Source of the DNA: Styela clava
Lineage: Eukaryota
DNA: 64,000 nucleotides
NCBI RefSeq assembly: GCF_964204865.1
Contig: NC_135260.1
Span: 20,336,001-20,400,000 of the forward strand
Direction of reading: 5' to 3'
Part shown: piece after piece, positions 24,574 to 37,832 of the stretch
Position numbering within the stretch: position 1 is the first letter of the stretch
Layout: each line of letters starts with the position of its first letter
Made by a program: the position numbers and the translations under genes
The notes under the pieces: model-generated
Seen by the model: the letters and a program-made list of their open reading frames with translations, nothing else
Databases searched by the model: none
Told to the model about the DNA's origin: nothing

Positions 24574-26012
24574 ATGAACGTGGTAACAATCTGTCTGCTT
24601 CTGGCGTCAATTATGTTTGGAATTGAAGCAGCTCAATTTACTCAACTTAAATGTTTTCAATTTCGCTACAAATTGGGACAGCAGCGATGCAAACCAAGTA
24701 AGATTTTTTGATTCCAACAGGAAATCCTATTTATGATGAATAAGTTGTTTGTTTCCATTTTCCAAAAAGTACATTTACCACGGCCTAGGTACTTGTAGAA
24801 CTAGGATAATACGTAAATACCGATCATACGTCCAGGGACAGCTTGACAAAATCGGGACCGTCCCGCTCGGTGGAATCAAATGTCCAGGGATATGGCAGTT
24901 ATAAATATATCTGATATTAATATCTACAAATATTTTTTTAACGTGGGCAGGCCATTTATTTATCACCATATTGTTATGTCATAATTATGATATTTTCAAT
25001 TTTTACGTCAATTTAACATATAACGTGGTCTTTAATGCCGTTTAAAGGAAGTTCATCCAATGTGTTGAATATTACTAATATTCATACTAACTAAAATACT
25101 TTCCAAGTCTCGGAATCGAACCAAGATTTGCCCAATGTTCCGGTTTATTGTTTCGTATATTTGGTAAGCCTAATCAAACGTAAAACACATGTGAATTTGT
25201 GTTTCCTAAAAACCATTCCAAACACTGGTTTGTTGTTACAGAAAAAGGTTTCAAAGGTGATTTAGTACCATGCTACAACTTATGTAACAAAAAATTGGTT
25301 AAATTTGAAGATTGCAATAAATATCCTGCTAATATGCATTGTTGCGTTCACGACTGCAGATGCGTCATGAAAGGAGGTGGGTATAAACAATAGGACAACA
25401 ACTGATATCATCTCGCTCAAATATATATATATATATATATATAACGGACTTACAAAGCACGAAGTACAAAGCATGCAATAACATGGCAAAACTTATTCTT
25501 CTGCATTCCATTCCAGCCGGATTTGTTGAAATTCCCCAAAACTACACAATTTCTCTCGACGACGAAAAAATATCGCAGTGGATGAAGACCGAAGTAGAAG
25601 AAGGATGTGAGCCAAAAAACAAATATCCTTCATCAGCAAAGATGACTGAGTCTGAAAATACCAAGACAAACCTGAAATTACCTATTCACAAGCAAGATAA
25701 AGATGCAATAATACAAGACGTTCAAACAACTGCAACGGCCATCGGATCTAGCGATAACAAAGAAACCCGGAACTCATCCATTGCAAACCAAGAGGAACTT
25801 CAAACACACCAGAAGAAAAAGGCCCAGATGAAACAACTACCGCAAATACTGTACAAAGCAGAACGAGCACAAAAACAGAGACAGTGAAGACGCCCGCGGC
25901 CAAATGTGCTACAAAAAAACATTTCTTATCGCGAATTGCAAGAAAAATGACTGGAATATTCAAGCAGATGGGTGTTGGTTGGGAAATGAAAGTCGACGAT
26001 GGGTGCAATTAA
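24574..26012 (+). pseudogene. Secreted cysteine-rich protein copy 2 (exons 24574-24697, 25242-25376, 25517-26012), with a 1-nt deletion near 25795 giving an early stop at 25887
   Basis: Exons 1 and 2 are intact with conserved splice sites. CAAGAGGAACTTCA here versus CAAGAGGGAACTTCA (copy 1) and CAAGAGGAAACTTCC (copy 3). The ancestral frame resumes to GCN-stop at 26012. It could be a truncated gene or an assembly error. Confidence 0.75.
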
Positions 26013-26546
26013 TGGCACTTGCTACATCGTCTGTCAAATCTAAATTTTCAAATTAATCCTATGTTTGTGTCGTTCTATGTAAATTTCTTATCTTAAAAGT
26101 ATCGTGGGACTAGCCGTAAATATGATTTGAGCTTTTAAAAATACATATTGATGACAAGAACAGAATCAAGTTGAAGACATCGACGTTGTTGTAAACTTCA
26201 CAAATTGTGCACACAGCAATACACGTTGTTAAGCAGTCGATGAGTTATGCTGCATTTATAATTTGCATATTTGTTGAAAGTGGATTTTCTTGTTTGTGAA
26301 ACAAATCCAACGATAGCGTTTATAGAATCAATACCCTCTTATCGGCACTGGTACTGTCTTGTCCGAAGCAAAAGTCCGGTTTGGTTCGAAATTTGGCCAA
26401 ATCGAGTCGCCGATATAAATATGTCACTCCGCATTTAAGTCAATTCCTTGTTTTAGTTTATGTGTATTCCGAAGCCGGAACCGCCACAATAGGCGCAATT
26501 TTTAATTTGATGATGTTACCTCACACAAAAAACGAATGCCATAGAT

Positions 26547-27914
26547 CAGGGGTGGGCACAATTTTTTAGTATAAGAGCCGCATGCTGCAAGTCAAAGCTT
26601 AAGAAGAGCCGCAGAATATTATTAAAATACCATGAAAAAATAAAAATAATTGAAGTACCAAGATTGCTGATTATGAAAATTTGACAATGATAAATTCAGA
26701 ATCAGTTCCGGTAAAAATATATTGTTCAAAATGTTATTGCAAAATCGTATATTCAATGTCATCCAACAAGTGCGCAGTTGATGCTGTTTTTCTTTATGAT
26801 ATCTCAAAGTAGAATTTGCATATCGAGCACTGAAAATTTGTCACAAAAATAACATTTAATAACGGAATCGGGTTGTACTGAAATACTTCCATATGTCCGA
26901 AGCACGCTGCATATCTTGTACAGCAGAGTGATCATGAAACTATATCGATTTGTGAATAATTATAGGGGTTACGGGATAAGATCACGCGAAATTGCTTTGT
27001 TATTATTGTGACGTAACATGATAAAATTATAAATTATCACGTCAAATGTCACGCTGTGGTTAACCGGTTAATTTTACCCGCATAACGGTTAAAGTGTTTT
27101 CCCTGAAATACCCAGCCCTAATTACGAAGCCATATCAGGAGACTTGTGTGTTCCCATCATTTCTGTAAGTTTTCGAAAGTCTGGGCGATATGTAGTCAAT
27201 GCGGTACGAATCAATTCTGTCACATGTACATTTGTTACAACCTACACGAAATTTTGATATTATGAGGTTCATTGCTGAGACTAACGACTCACAGCAGTAT
27301 GTTGTGCTAAAAATAGGAAGGATCCGTACACTAGCCAATTTAACTTCAGGGTATTTATCGTGTGGTACCTGCCAAATGATAAGATAAATTACTGCTGTCT
27401 TTTTAGTAACAATTTGAACTCATTTAATTTGTGTTTCCTTATAGCTGATTTACGAGGGTAGTCTCGTAAGAAGTTTTCATGATTCGTTTCATGGTGCCGT
27501 TTAACATTGCTGACTTTATTCTGACTTAGTAGCTTATGGCAGATTGAGCACAAAGGTTTATTCTCCTGACTGGTAAATGCGTATTCTTCTTCCCATTCTG
27601 ACTTGACAACTCTGTTCTCATATCGCACAGTAACTTAGATTAACTGACCGCAATCAAGCTGCAATACCGCCGACGCATTAATAAACATTGACCATTTTGA
27701 CGAAAGATTTGCTGACTTGACTGACTTAAATTCAAAATTCAACGCTACAACGATTTTCATACTAAAACATAATTTGTCCTAATCACCGACGAAAACTTCT
27801 TCACAACTTTTAATTAATTAACAACAGTTTGCATTACAGTTTTTCTCTTAGTTAAAATTTGGATAATAATTTATGTTAGCGAGAAAAGCCGCACAAAAAG
27901 TGTGCCCACCCCTG
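26547..27914 (-). mobile_element. Internally deleted hAT transposon (SPIN/GTF2IRD2-like transposase remnants)
   Basis: TIR CAGGGGTGGGCACA with a perfect TSD CCATAGAT. N-terminal zinc-finger fragment (WEEEYAF...PLCSIC...NVKRHHETNH, 27389-27628) directly abuts a C-terminal dimerisation fragment (IFSTTYCCESLVSAMNLI). Confidence 0.92.
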
Positions 27915-28315
27915 CCATAGATAAAGTCTACCGACATTTTTGAAATAAATAAAAGCAATAGCCATCTAGCGAAAAATGCAATGTTCAACCATAAAATTTT
28001 AAAGCGATTGGTCCAGTAGTTAACGAAAGAAAATTTTTCCATACGGTCGCAGCAAGAAGAAAAATACTAACAACGTGATCAACAACAACATAATAACAGA
28101 ACGATCCATATGTCCACTTCGTGTCGAAGTATCGCATATAAAGTTTTATTTTTTTTACTTAAAAGAAAACAGCTCGTATTAAAACAAACCTATTTAAAAT
28201 GATTATTTTGTTGTTTCTTTTGTATTCTTTATTAAAATACCCCTCATATCGCCTTGAATCTAAGGTAAATGGTGCGCTTTGGCAACTGCACACGCTGCCA
28301 GAATGACGCATGCTT

Positions 28316-28441
28316 CCGAAAACAAGTAACAGGCTAACAAATCCCATACCCGACCTGGACTGGTAACCGGACGAGAGCCCGTGGTTCGCCATTTAAGCCG
28401 TGTTATCGATTTTCCTCACCCATATGTAAATCCTATCCTAT
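28316..28441 (+). mobile_element. SINE 3' fragment
   Basis: Matches the 3' half of the 1837-2184 SINE, including the GTAAATCCTATCCTA tail. Confidence 0.75.
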
Positions 28442-29200
28442 TTCAAAAATGTAAAAAAAAGTTGCATCGTCGCCAAGTTAGTACATAACCAAAGTTATGA
28501 AAAGAGATTTTAACAGTTCATTCGCGATATCAGGGAGACGATGATCAGTGTGAACATGCCAAGAGAGTCACGAAACATATTTCACCGACCACCGAGATAA
28601 AACAACTACCGCAAATACTGTACAAAGCAGAACAACCACAAAAACAAAAAATCGTGAGGAAATGAAGGGCCACATATATATATTCAGTAATTTATTTTTT
28701 CACCAACCATGCTGAAGGTACACACTTACAAATTAGAATAAATTATATATGGAAAAATGGCATTCCAGGGTGAAGGGACACACGGGAAACCAATAAATGG
28801 TTATCGAGCAGTGGTACCCAAAAAAGTCTAACAGATCATTAGAAAAAATGTCGAACAATATATTAAAAGTGATAAAAAACACTATACATGTCTAGAGTCT
28901 CTAGACGACCTGATATATCCAGCAGTCGCGTGTTTCCACATAATGAAAACGACTACTAGCACAGTCAGTTGAGGTAACCAAGAAGATTATATTAATCTCA
29001 CAAATTTGCATATACTAATCATCAATCAAAAAATCCATATGACAGAAAAAAGGCAAAATAGAAATTAAATTTCGACAATCGAACAATAGGCTATATATCT
29101 ATTATATATATCCAAATTGTATTACCTTGTTTTGTTTAAAAGTAGTTTAGATATAATATATTTCGTGGATTAAAATTTGTATTTTTTATATGAATATATA

Positions 29201-30348
29201 GTAGGTCGGGGTAGTTCGGACACCCGGGGTATGATGGTCAGTCAAAATAAAATCCTCCTACTAGCGACACCTCGCGCTTTTTCGTCGCTCAAAACGCATC
29301 GCGTGAAAGAGCGACATCATGCGAACAACGACAGAACCAAGATTTTACATTTCAGGCTCGATAACTTACAAGGCGGTGCTTTTTGGGGAAGGGGTGTTTC
29401 TGTTGGGACAGAAAAACGTCAAATTATAGAGTCCCATGGTGGCGAAGAATAATTTTAGCCGGAAAAGTCTGCGAACTCGGTTCTATTTTGTTTATTTGTT
29501 GAAAGTAGTTGCATTAGATCGAATAAATTCTTTAGCAGACTGCCAGTACTCATTTTTGGGTTGGCAGGGTCACTTAAGAGGTAGGGTGGATTTTGAGTGG
29601 GGGAGGGGGGAGGATTTTTTTCAATATAGTCTGTTGGGAATGTCAATGGGCCGTCGTCATCGAAACTTATAAATAATTATTTTTTGATACTAAGTACCCT
29701 TTTACAACAAAGATCAAAAGCACACTCATCGCCATATTTATATTGGATCTCTTAGAAGTTAAGCCCGGCGTAAAATTTCATCTTACCCCGTCAAATTATT
29801 TTTTCCATATGCGTATAAAATACGCCCAAGGTTATGCCAAGAAATTACAAAATAAATACTTCTAGAGGTAGTCCATGTAAAGAAGATATAAAAATTGCAG
29901 TTGAAAAAGCGCAAACTAAATTTTAAATTTCTAGTTTTCCTAAAACTGTTCAAACTCTTTTGAAAATTGCCCTGTTATGTCCTTTATGGGGTAAGACGGA
30001 CATACTTTTTGATATGCAAGAAAAGTGATCTGTTTAAAAAAAATTTAAGAGACATAATCCTGGGCCATCTAGGCGTTGATCGAAATCTTATGACCGAAAT
30101 CCTAGACACCATCAAGTTAATTTTGGTGTGTGTCCGTCTTTCCCACAAAGTGTCTAACTTACCCCGATATTTTTTTAGCTGAAAATCGGGCGTAAATTCC
30201 GATTCGTTGCTATGGCAACAATGTGCAAATGTGGCAAGATAGCTGGAGGGTGGGTGCATGAATCAATAGTAGAACGAATGCAGCTGCGACATTATTTGAA
30301 GAGTTATTCAAAATAACTTATTAGTGGGTCCGACTTCCCCCGACCTAC
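29201..30348 (+). mobile_element. Pogo/Tigger-like deletion derivative
   Basis: TIR GTAGGTCGGGG.AGT.CGGAC/GTCCGACTTCCCCCGACCTAC flanked by TA(TA). Remnant MPRNYKINTSRGSPCKEDIKIAVEK at 29834 resembles a psq-type HTH N-terminus. Empty site in unit 1. Confidence 0.75.
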
Positions 30349-31282
30349 TATATTTTGAAATTTCCAAGAATATCATTCCAATCTAAGTCGCATAATTTTT
30401 AAAGACTTTCGAGCAAATTTGAGATCTGTTCGTGAAATGAAGAATACACCACTAGCTGCTGAAAGTGTATTGTACGAATGTAACACATATAGCCACAATC
30501 AGTAAAGTGTATCGAAAGCCTCGAGCAACATGTTATGTATGAATTCAAAAATCAATTTTGCTTTATAAATATACACATCGTTTAATTTCAAAAGATGCAT
30601 ACGTTTATAAATGTGACTTATACTAAGTTGCAAATGAGTAATAGTCAATAACTCTAAGAGCTCTATTTTGTAAAAACAGGCGGGGGTATGGCATGAGTCT
30701 GCTCTCACAAGCACAGTCCCAAGCCACAATTCCATATTGTAGGGGGAAATAAAATAACGAACAATAAAATTTCGCATTACTTTTTAGGGAGAATTTTTGG
30801 TACTCCTGGAGCGGTGTCTCCAAAATGTCGTGTCCCACTTGTCCCACGTGTCCCCCTTGTATCACGTGTCCCACTTGTACCACGTGTCCGACTTGTACCC
30901 TTTTCACGTTTCTCGCTTATTATCGATATTGTTTGCTTCATATCTTTTGAACTAATACAAAATCGCATTATTTTCTATGTACTAAAAATAAGTAAATTTG
31001 ATGTAGAATAAAAATATTTCTACTTCTAATGTGGGATATTTTAGAAACTCGCAATTAAATAGCTTAGAAATGCCCCTTTTCACGTTCCTCGCTAATTATC
31101 GACACTGTTTCATTTGTATCTTTTGTACTAATATGAATGCGCATAATTTTCTATCTCATAAAAATAAGTAAATTTATTGTACAATAAAAATACTTCTACT
31201 CCTAATGTGGGATATTTTAGAAAATCGCAGTTGAATTGCGGTGTCTCCAAAATGTCGTGTCCCACTTGTCCTACTTGCCACT

Positions 31283-31547
31283 TGGTACACGTGGGACGAA
31301 TGGTACACGTGTTACATGTGGGACACGTGGTACAAGTGGGACACGTGTTACATGTGGGACACGTGGTACAAGTGGGACACGTGGTACAAGTGGGACATGT
31401 GGTACAGGTGCGACACGTGGTACAAGTGGGACACGTGGGACAAGTGCGACAAGTATGACAAGTGGGACACGTGGTACAAGTGGAACACGTGGTACAAGTG
31501 GGAAGAGTGGGACACGTGGTACAAGTTGGACACGTGGTACACGTGGG
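31283..31547. repeat. 18-bp minisatellite GGGACACGTGGTACAAGT (9-bp sub-period)
   Basis: Directly visible array of roughly 14 units. The inverted form lies at 30830-30900. Confidence 0.9.
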
Positions 31548-34246
31548 CAGTGTTCCCTCTAAGAAACTTTCACACTGCGCAAATGTTGTTTTTACTGAGC
31601 AAGACTGTTTTAACGCTGAACAGAATCTTAAATTATTTGCAAACTTTGTGAAATGTTACAGTAGTAGCCTATTATTTATTATCGGAATGCAAAAGAGCAC
31701 ACATTTAATTTAAATAGCTTCTCATTGTTTTCGTGCTTTTCCAACGTTTATACACTTTGTCCATGTTTGTTGTGTTTACTGCTGAATCAAGTGACAATCA
31801 TCCAAAGTACAATACTTTATGTACAATCTCGACATTTTTGTTGTTGAAATATCAATGCTTTCATCAACTATCAGGGTATGAAAAATTTTGTTTGTCTTAT
31901 GCTTTGTAAGATCTTTTCCCTGGCGACAGAGTCTATGCTCTTCAAAAATTCAAAGCCCTAATTTTTGCTTCAACATGAATGTGGCAATTTAATGTATTTT
32001 GACACACGACTATTCATTACCTTGCGGGACAATATTGATGAATTTAGCTTAACACGTGGTAGAACACTATCTATGTGAGGCTCTATTTCAAAATTTCACT
32101 CTCTTCAGCGGTAGGTATTGCGGTGAGAAAGTTCGAACAACCTCTTTCTTCCACGTTTCGCTTCTGAGTTAATGCAACTAGTGCAGTGGTTACCAACCTT
32201 TCTAACCTGACGGACCGGTTAAATTAAATAAAATGTATTCGCGGACCGGCAAAAAGTGAAATAGGTGGACACACAAAATAATAACATATATTTGCATAAC
32301 AAAATGCAGTGCTGGGCACCCATTTCGCGTAAAAAGTGCACTCAGAAAACACTTCACATAAAAAACATGTACACGCCAAATCATGTACAAACACAATTAA
32401 CTCTAGCGAGTATTTGCTGTTGTTTCGTTGCCAATACAAGATTGCAAACGAGACATAAAAAAGGTTTTGCAACACCTAGCTCTGCAGCAGCTCACAGTCT
32501 ATTTCTTTGCTTCGTTTTAAGTAAAGCTAGCGATGATAAAGTTTTTTCGTACAAGTAAGTGGTTGAATATTTGGACAACAGTTTGATTGCTCGATTACAT
32601 AGCGATGGGTATTCGTTATCGAGAGAGCTCAAATATTGTGACAGTGATTCTTTTATTAATCTGGACTGTAAACTAATGATTTTATCGGGTTTATCAAATT
32701 ACCTCTGCAGTCGATCGAAGCCCCAGACAAAATGAATTTATAATGATAAAGTAGTTGCTAACTTGTCACCAGGGGGTCCTGCTGTGCATCATCTATGAAA
32801 TATCTCAATGCTTTTGTTGCACGTCACATGACCACCTGCTGGGCCGCAACAAGTTCATATCTTTCTGGATTCCAAGGCATACTCTGTAATATTATACAGT
32901 TATTGACTGTTTTCTGGTTCAAACGAAGAAATATTCATAACCTTATATTAATGAAGAAAAGCATGCAGAACGGAAAAAGCACGCATGCTTATTTCCAGGT
33001 TTATGAATCTTGCCAGATTTGACGGAGCGATTTCGCGATGAATCGGAAACGAAAAAGCGAAAAGTGTGATTACACAGTAATATGACGGCGGAAGAGAAAT
33101 GCGTAATGAACCAACGTAAATCCGTCTTTTCGCATTCGATAAAGCGATCGAGACGGCAGGAAATCAACAGAACGAAATTTCTTGCTGAACGGCAAAAAAG
33201 CCTCGTGGAACGGCCCGGCGGCTGAGAACCACTGGTCCAGTGCGTCAATATGCGTCAACAATTTTCTGATTTGAATGGCGTTTTAGATCGTCAACTTCCC
33301 ATTCCCAACCACGATTTGCCTTTTCAAATCACTATTAGGTGCCACTTCCCGACAAACTTTGCAGATTATCACATTCCTTGACGCGGAATAGCGATGAATT
33401 TCGGAAAGTTTAGAAGTTCTGTTTAACTTTAACTACGGGTATCACGATTGCAAATTAGTGTCAAACACTCCACTGTTGCATTTAGCCATTCCACTTTAAA
33501 ATCAATGTTCTTATTTTCAGCCATGCTACCCGGAATATACATTTTACTCACACGTCAGATAAATAACACTAGTATATTGGTTTTATTTAATAAACCACTC
33601 ATTCTAGTGACCTGCTGAATATTAAAACGCTTAAAACCCTTTTAGTAATTTCAGGTGAAACATACTTATTATATAACATCGGTATCATTCAGTATAACCT
33701 CATGGTCACGTGTGTCACAATCTGAAGATTCAAGAGCCGACGGGGCTAGCACTCGCTTAAACTCAGTCCTCCCTCAAATCCCAACTAGTTTAGCCCAGCC
33801 ATAAGGCTGCGAGCGAGCAACCAACAAATTTCCTGTAACAAACAGTGGGCACCAGCTTTGCAACATTTGAAACCTATTAAATTCTAAACCTTCTATATCT
33901 CCATCTGTATTGACTACACTATAGGGACAATAACAAGATTTTGCCGGGTCGACAACACGAAATTCAAAGCGCACGATGAAAATTTCAAAATGCGGCACCG
34001 GCTCACCGGCATACAGAAATAATGTACTTGAGAGCTTGACATACACGTGTTTGACATCACAATGACCAGTGGTCACCAAAATACGCGTGAAACATAGAGC
34101 GAGCATTCTAGTTAAGGGTTAATAAATATGACATATGAAATAGGAGCCACGTTTTGAAAACGAAATTGCAACTGCGCGAGAATGAGATTGTACTGCGCAA
34201 ATGTTCTGTTGGCACTGCGCAGTTGCGCAGCTTAGAGGGAACCCTG
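31548..34246. mobile_element. hAT element nested in the foldback element
   Basis: TIR CAG(T/G)GTTCCCTCTAAG with an 8-bp TSD CACGTGGG/CACATGGG. Confidence 0.8.
32184..33234. mobile_element. hAT element of the 21928-23164 family, nested and inverted
   Basis: TIR CAGTGGTT.CCAACC/GAGAACCACTG. Internal sequence is homologous to the reverse complement of 21928-23164. Confidence 0.85.
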
Positions 34247-37200
34247 CACATGGGACAAGTGAGACACGTGGTACAAATGGGACACGTAGGACAAGTGGTA
34301 CACGACATTTTGGAGACACCCCTCCTGAAGTATGCGCACCAAGATGTCGCATAACCTGAAGCCTAAACTGGTACACAACCTGAGTTCAGGTTGTGCGCCA
34401 TCTTGGTGCGCATTTTTAGCCTTGTCAGGATTTACACCGTCCTTGACAATTTCAGATTTGATTGGTTGACGTGGTCGTTCGAATTAAGTTTGTTATTAAT
34501 AAATACAGTTTGAACCAGTCAAAGTAAACTTGGACTTGGATTGGGACTGCTATTTCTTATTATTATAGGAATGATTTATTGATTGCACTTGCTTATTGTC
34601 TCGTAGATCTCATGGCACTTCTGTCAAAAATTAAAGATTGTTCCAGTCAGGTAATCGGAAAATCATACTAAAGCTTTAAAAAGGTGCAATCGGTAGTCTT
34701 CGCCTTGAGATGTATTCAATGTTCTGAATATCAGTGCTGAGATTATCGCGTCTGATGTCTACAGCTTTTACGGCTTACTTGCGAGAAAATTCAAGTATCA
34801 TCGGACGAGAGAGATTACGAAGTGAGTCAACGCTTGTCTCTGATTAATAAATTGGAATCCCGAAATACAAAAATTGTCGCACGCCGTCGAAAAGGCGGAA
34901 ATCGAACCCTGTTATCGGATTCTTTTGGATAAATTGCCCATAACACAATATAACAAGTGGGACAAGTGCGTGCCCAATTTGTACCTCGTCTGGCATTTCT
35001 CCCGTTTGCTGTACAAAACGTCATAATGAGACACGAGACGTAGACTACTTCATAACCCTAATCTCATACATCATTGTAATTCTGAAATATACTGTTGGGT
35101 ATCGTTTTGGGCAGATTCATCACAAAAATATAAAGTCATTTTGTATATCTAACAAAAATATATGAAGAGAAAAGCTATTTTTCCACAATAACAACCGGGA
35201 AGAAAAGTACCAACAATAACATAATAACAAAACGTTCCATATATCCATTCCGTGTCCAATAAACTGTCACAACAAAACCCATTTCATGATCATTACAATT
35301 GCGAATAAAATACAACTTACAGAAACGTTATATATATATATATATACGGTATTTTTTTCACGCCTGTCACCCCAAACAAACTCTGCAAAAGCAAGTGATC
35401 CAGGAAGTGCCATTGTTTGGAAGGATCGGATCCTATCTATAATCCTACAAACCACAATGCGTCCCACTGATCTGATTTTCATGTCAGCATTTATTTAGAA
35501 GTAAAGATTCTCATAATTCTAATCAAAGTACGGTTTACATTAGATTATACAGAATAAATCCAAGAACTTTAGTGAAGCAAGGTATGTGTATCGTACAACG
35601 TATTCGTGTCGTCTTCGTTGTTATTATTTTCCGTATATATCAGCAATAAAAAATAAGTTACCGATTAGCTTCTAATTGTAACGTAACTTGCATTTTAGGG
35701 TAAAACCTGCACTCTCAAAACAGCCAATTATGCAGTGCCATATGTTATATAAAGTAGTAAATTTCAATAGCAACTTCAAAATTATTTTCTTGTTCAAAAC
35801 AAGGTCACAAGAACTTAGTGAAATAGTTGTTCTCCGACAATGTCAAAGAGGTTGAAGATATAATGAATATCAAAAATAACATAAAACATCAACAATTATT
35901 ATTCGGAGCGTAAAAACTCTAGATAACAAGTTTTAAATTAATTATTGGGCAAAATTAGAAAATTTCCTAAAATACGCTTGGTAATTGCACTAACCCTAAA
36001 CAAATAGGACCAGGTTTAAATACGGGAGGAATGAAAGAGTTTAACCAAGTAATATACAGGCAATCCTTCATTGTATAGTATAGTATAATAATATTTGTTC
36101 TTCAATTGACACGTTGGTTACATAAATACTGCTATTGTTGAAGAAATGGTTACATTACCAAAATAGTTGCAATGTATATTAGTAACAGATAATATATTGG
36201 ACGCAATGTCGCCAAAATAAATATTCCACGTTGGTTTATTTTGTCAACAGATGAAAATCCACCACGAACAGGTAAACACTTGTCAAAGCTATTGGATCAG
36301 TAGGTCTTCATATTATAATTTGCATGTAAACGAATTATAAGTACAAACATATACTGACGCTTATTGCATTGGATTCCGACATTTGAAAATCTATTTTTGG
36401 GAAAATAAAAATGCACTCCTTCATGAGCTCATATGTCGCACATGACGGAAATTCTATAAATTTATCGAAAATTTACAAACAACAATTGAGGTTTTAAAAC
36501 TCATCGATTGAGTAAAATATGGTTATCAGCGTTTTGAGTAACACCGCATTACCACACTGACGTCATACCCGTTTGATTGTGGTTACTGGGAATTCCTATG
36601 ACATGTTTATGCTTCCAGAAATAAGACAATTGCTTTGTTTCATTACATCAAATTTTGAATGTTTGTACTTTTTCAGGTCGACCATCACAAATACGGGTTT
36701 CCGTCATGGACAAGAACTTTTGTATCTGATATTATTTAGCAATGTCCATTGAGGTCTCAGCCTGGTTCCTCAATATAAACTATATTATACGGTAGTATGG
36801 CCATTGGAGATACTCCAATATACATTTTACGTATGTTCGAAGAAGCCTCTGGATCAATTTGCTCGCAGAAACGTTTGCTTTTCGTTTTCAGTTCGCCAAT
36901 ATTATCCAACACTTAGAAATAATTTGAAATATTGTAGTAATTCCCTTGAGTAAAATATCCTGACCTAGATATTTCCCCGCGAAAAGATCTTGCAGTAGGC
37001 ACTACTAATAATACAATATTACTTTAAATATCTGAATTTCTAAAGATGCAGTTTGAGAAGTCGTCGACTAGTTTAATACCGTGAAGGTCACGTCAGTGTT
37101 GTGACCTTGTTGTATGGCTTTTTAGTTTAGTTTATGAACGATTCCTACAATTTGTGGTGTTTTAAGCTCTATAACAGGCGTTATTCATAGTGAACTTTAT

Positions 37201-37832
37201 GAGAATAATTAATTCAGCAAACCTTAATCCATTTGACGAAACTGACCTCAAAGTGACGCTAAATATAACCATTTGTCTTCCACTGTAAGCAACGAATGAT
37301 TAAATGCTAAAAGATATTCTGAAATCTTTTTTTTTTTTTGAAATATTTGAGTGAGCATGATATATTATAAACAGCGCTGCTAAAATTTTGGCATCAAGAA
37401 TCTCGCAAAAAAACACCGGAGAAAACAACGAAAGCAGAGGCAAAAAAGGATTGTTAATTGGGTATGTTTTAATATGTAGCCATTCGGGCCTATGTTTAAT
37501 ATTGTATTTATACGTTTTCACGCAGATTAATTTTTCATCACAATTTACAACTAAGTTTCAAATACTTTTAAATGAACAACATCTTATATCGAAGCAATTA
37601 TCGATATTATAGTCTTATAATCACTGGATACTTATCCAGTGCATTCCTTTGCTTCATGACAGCAGACGTCAAATTGACGACAGCTTTTAATCCAAAAAAC
37701 GGGCTGTCCTGGTATATGACTGCCCAATTACCACTTGTCAAATTAGGCTACTAGTTAATTATTTGCAATATATATCGATTTTTAAACGATTGATCTTTAA
37801 ACAAGTGCTAATTACAGCCCAATAGAATAAAG

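Larger units (their letters stand above)
30812..34321. mobile_element. Mutator-like foldback element with 18-bp internal repeats, interrupted by nested insertions
   Basis: Termini GGTGTCTCCAAAATGTCGTG/CACGACATTTTGGAGACACC and a 9-bp TSD CTCCTG(G/A)AG. Related ends lie at ~31239, ~44620 and ~63937. Confidence 0.75.

Noticed and set aside
31283-31547. CRISPR-like array
   Set aside because: The repeats are contiguous with no unique spacers, the context is eukaryotic and there are no cas genes.
30623-31713. Repetitive ORFs (GHVVQV, GTRGTS, WDTWYK repeats)
   Set aside because: They are translations of an 18-bp minisatellite inside a foldback element and are open in several frames on both strands.
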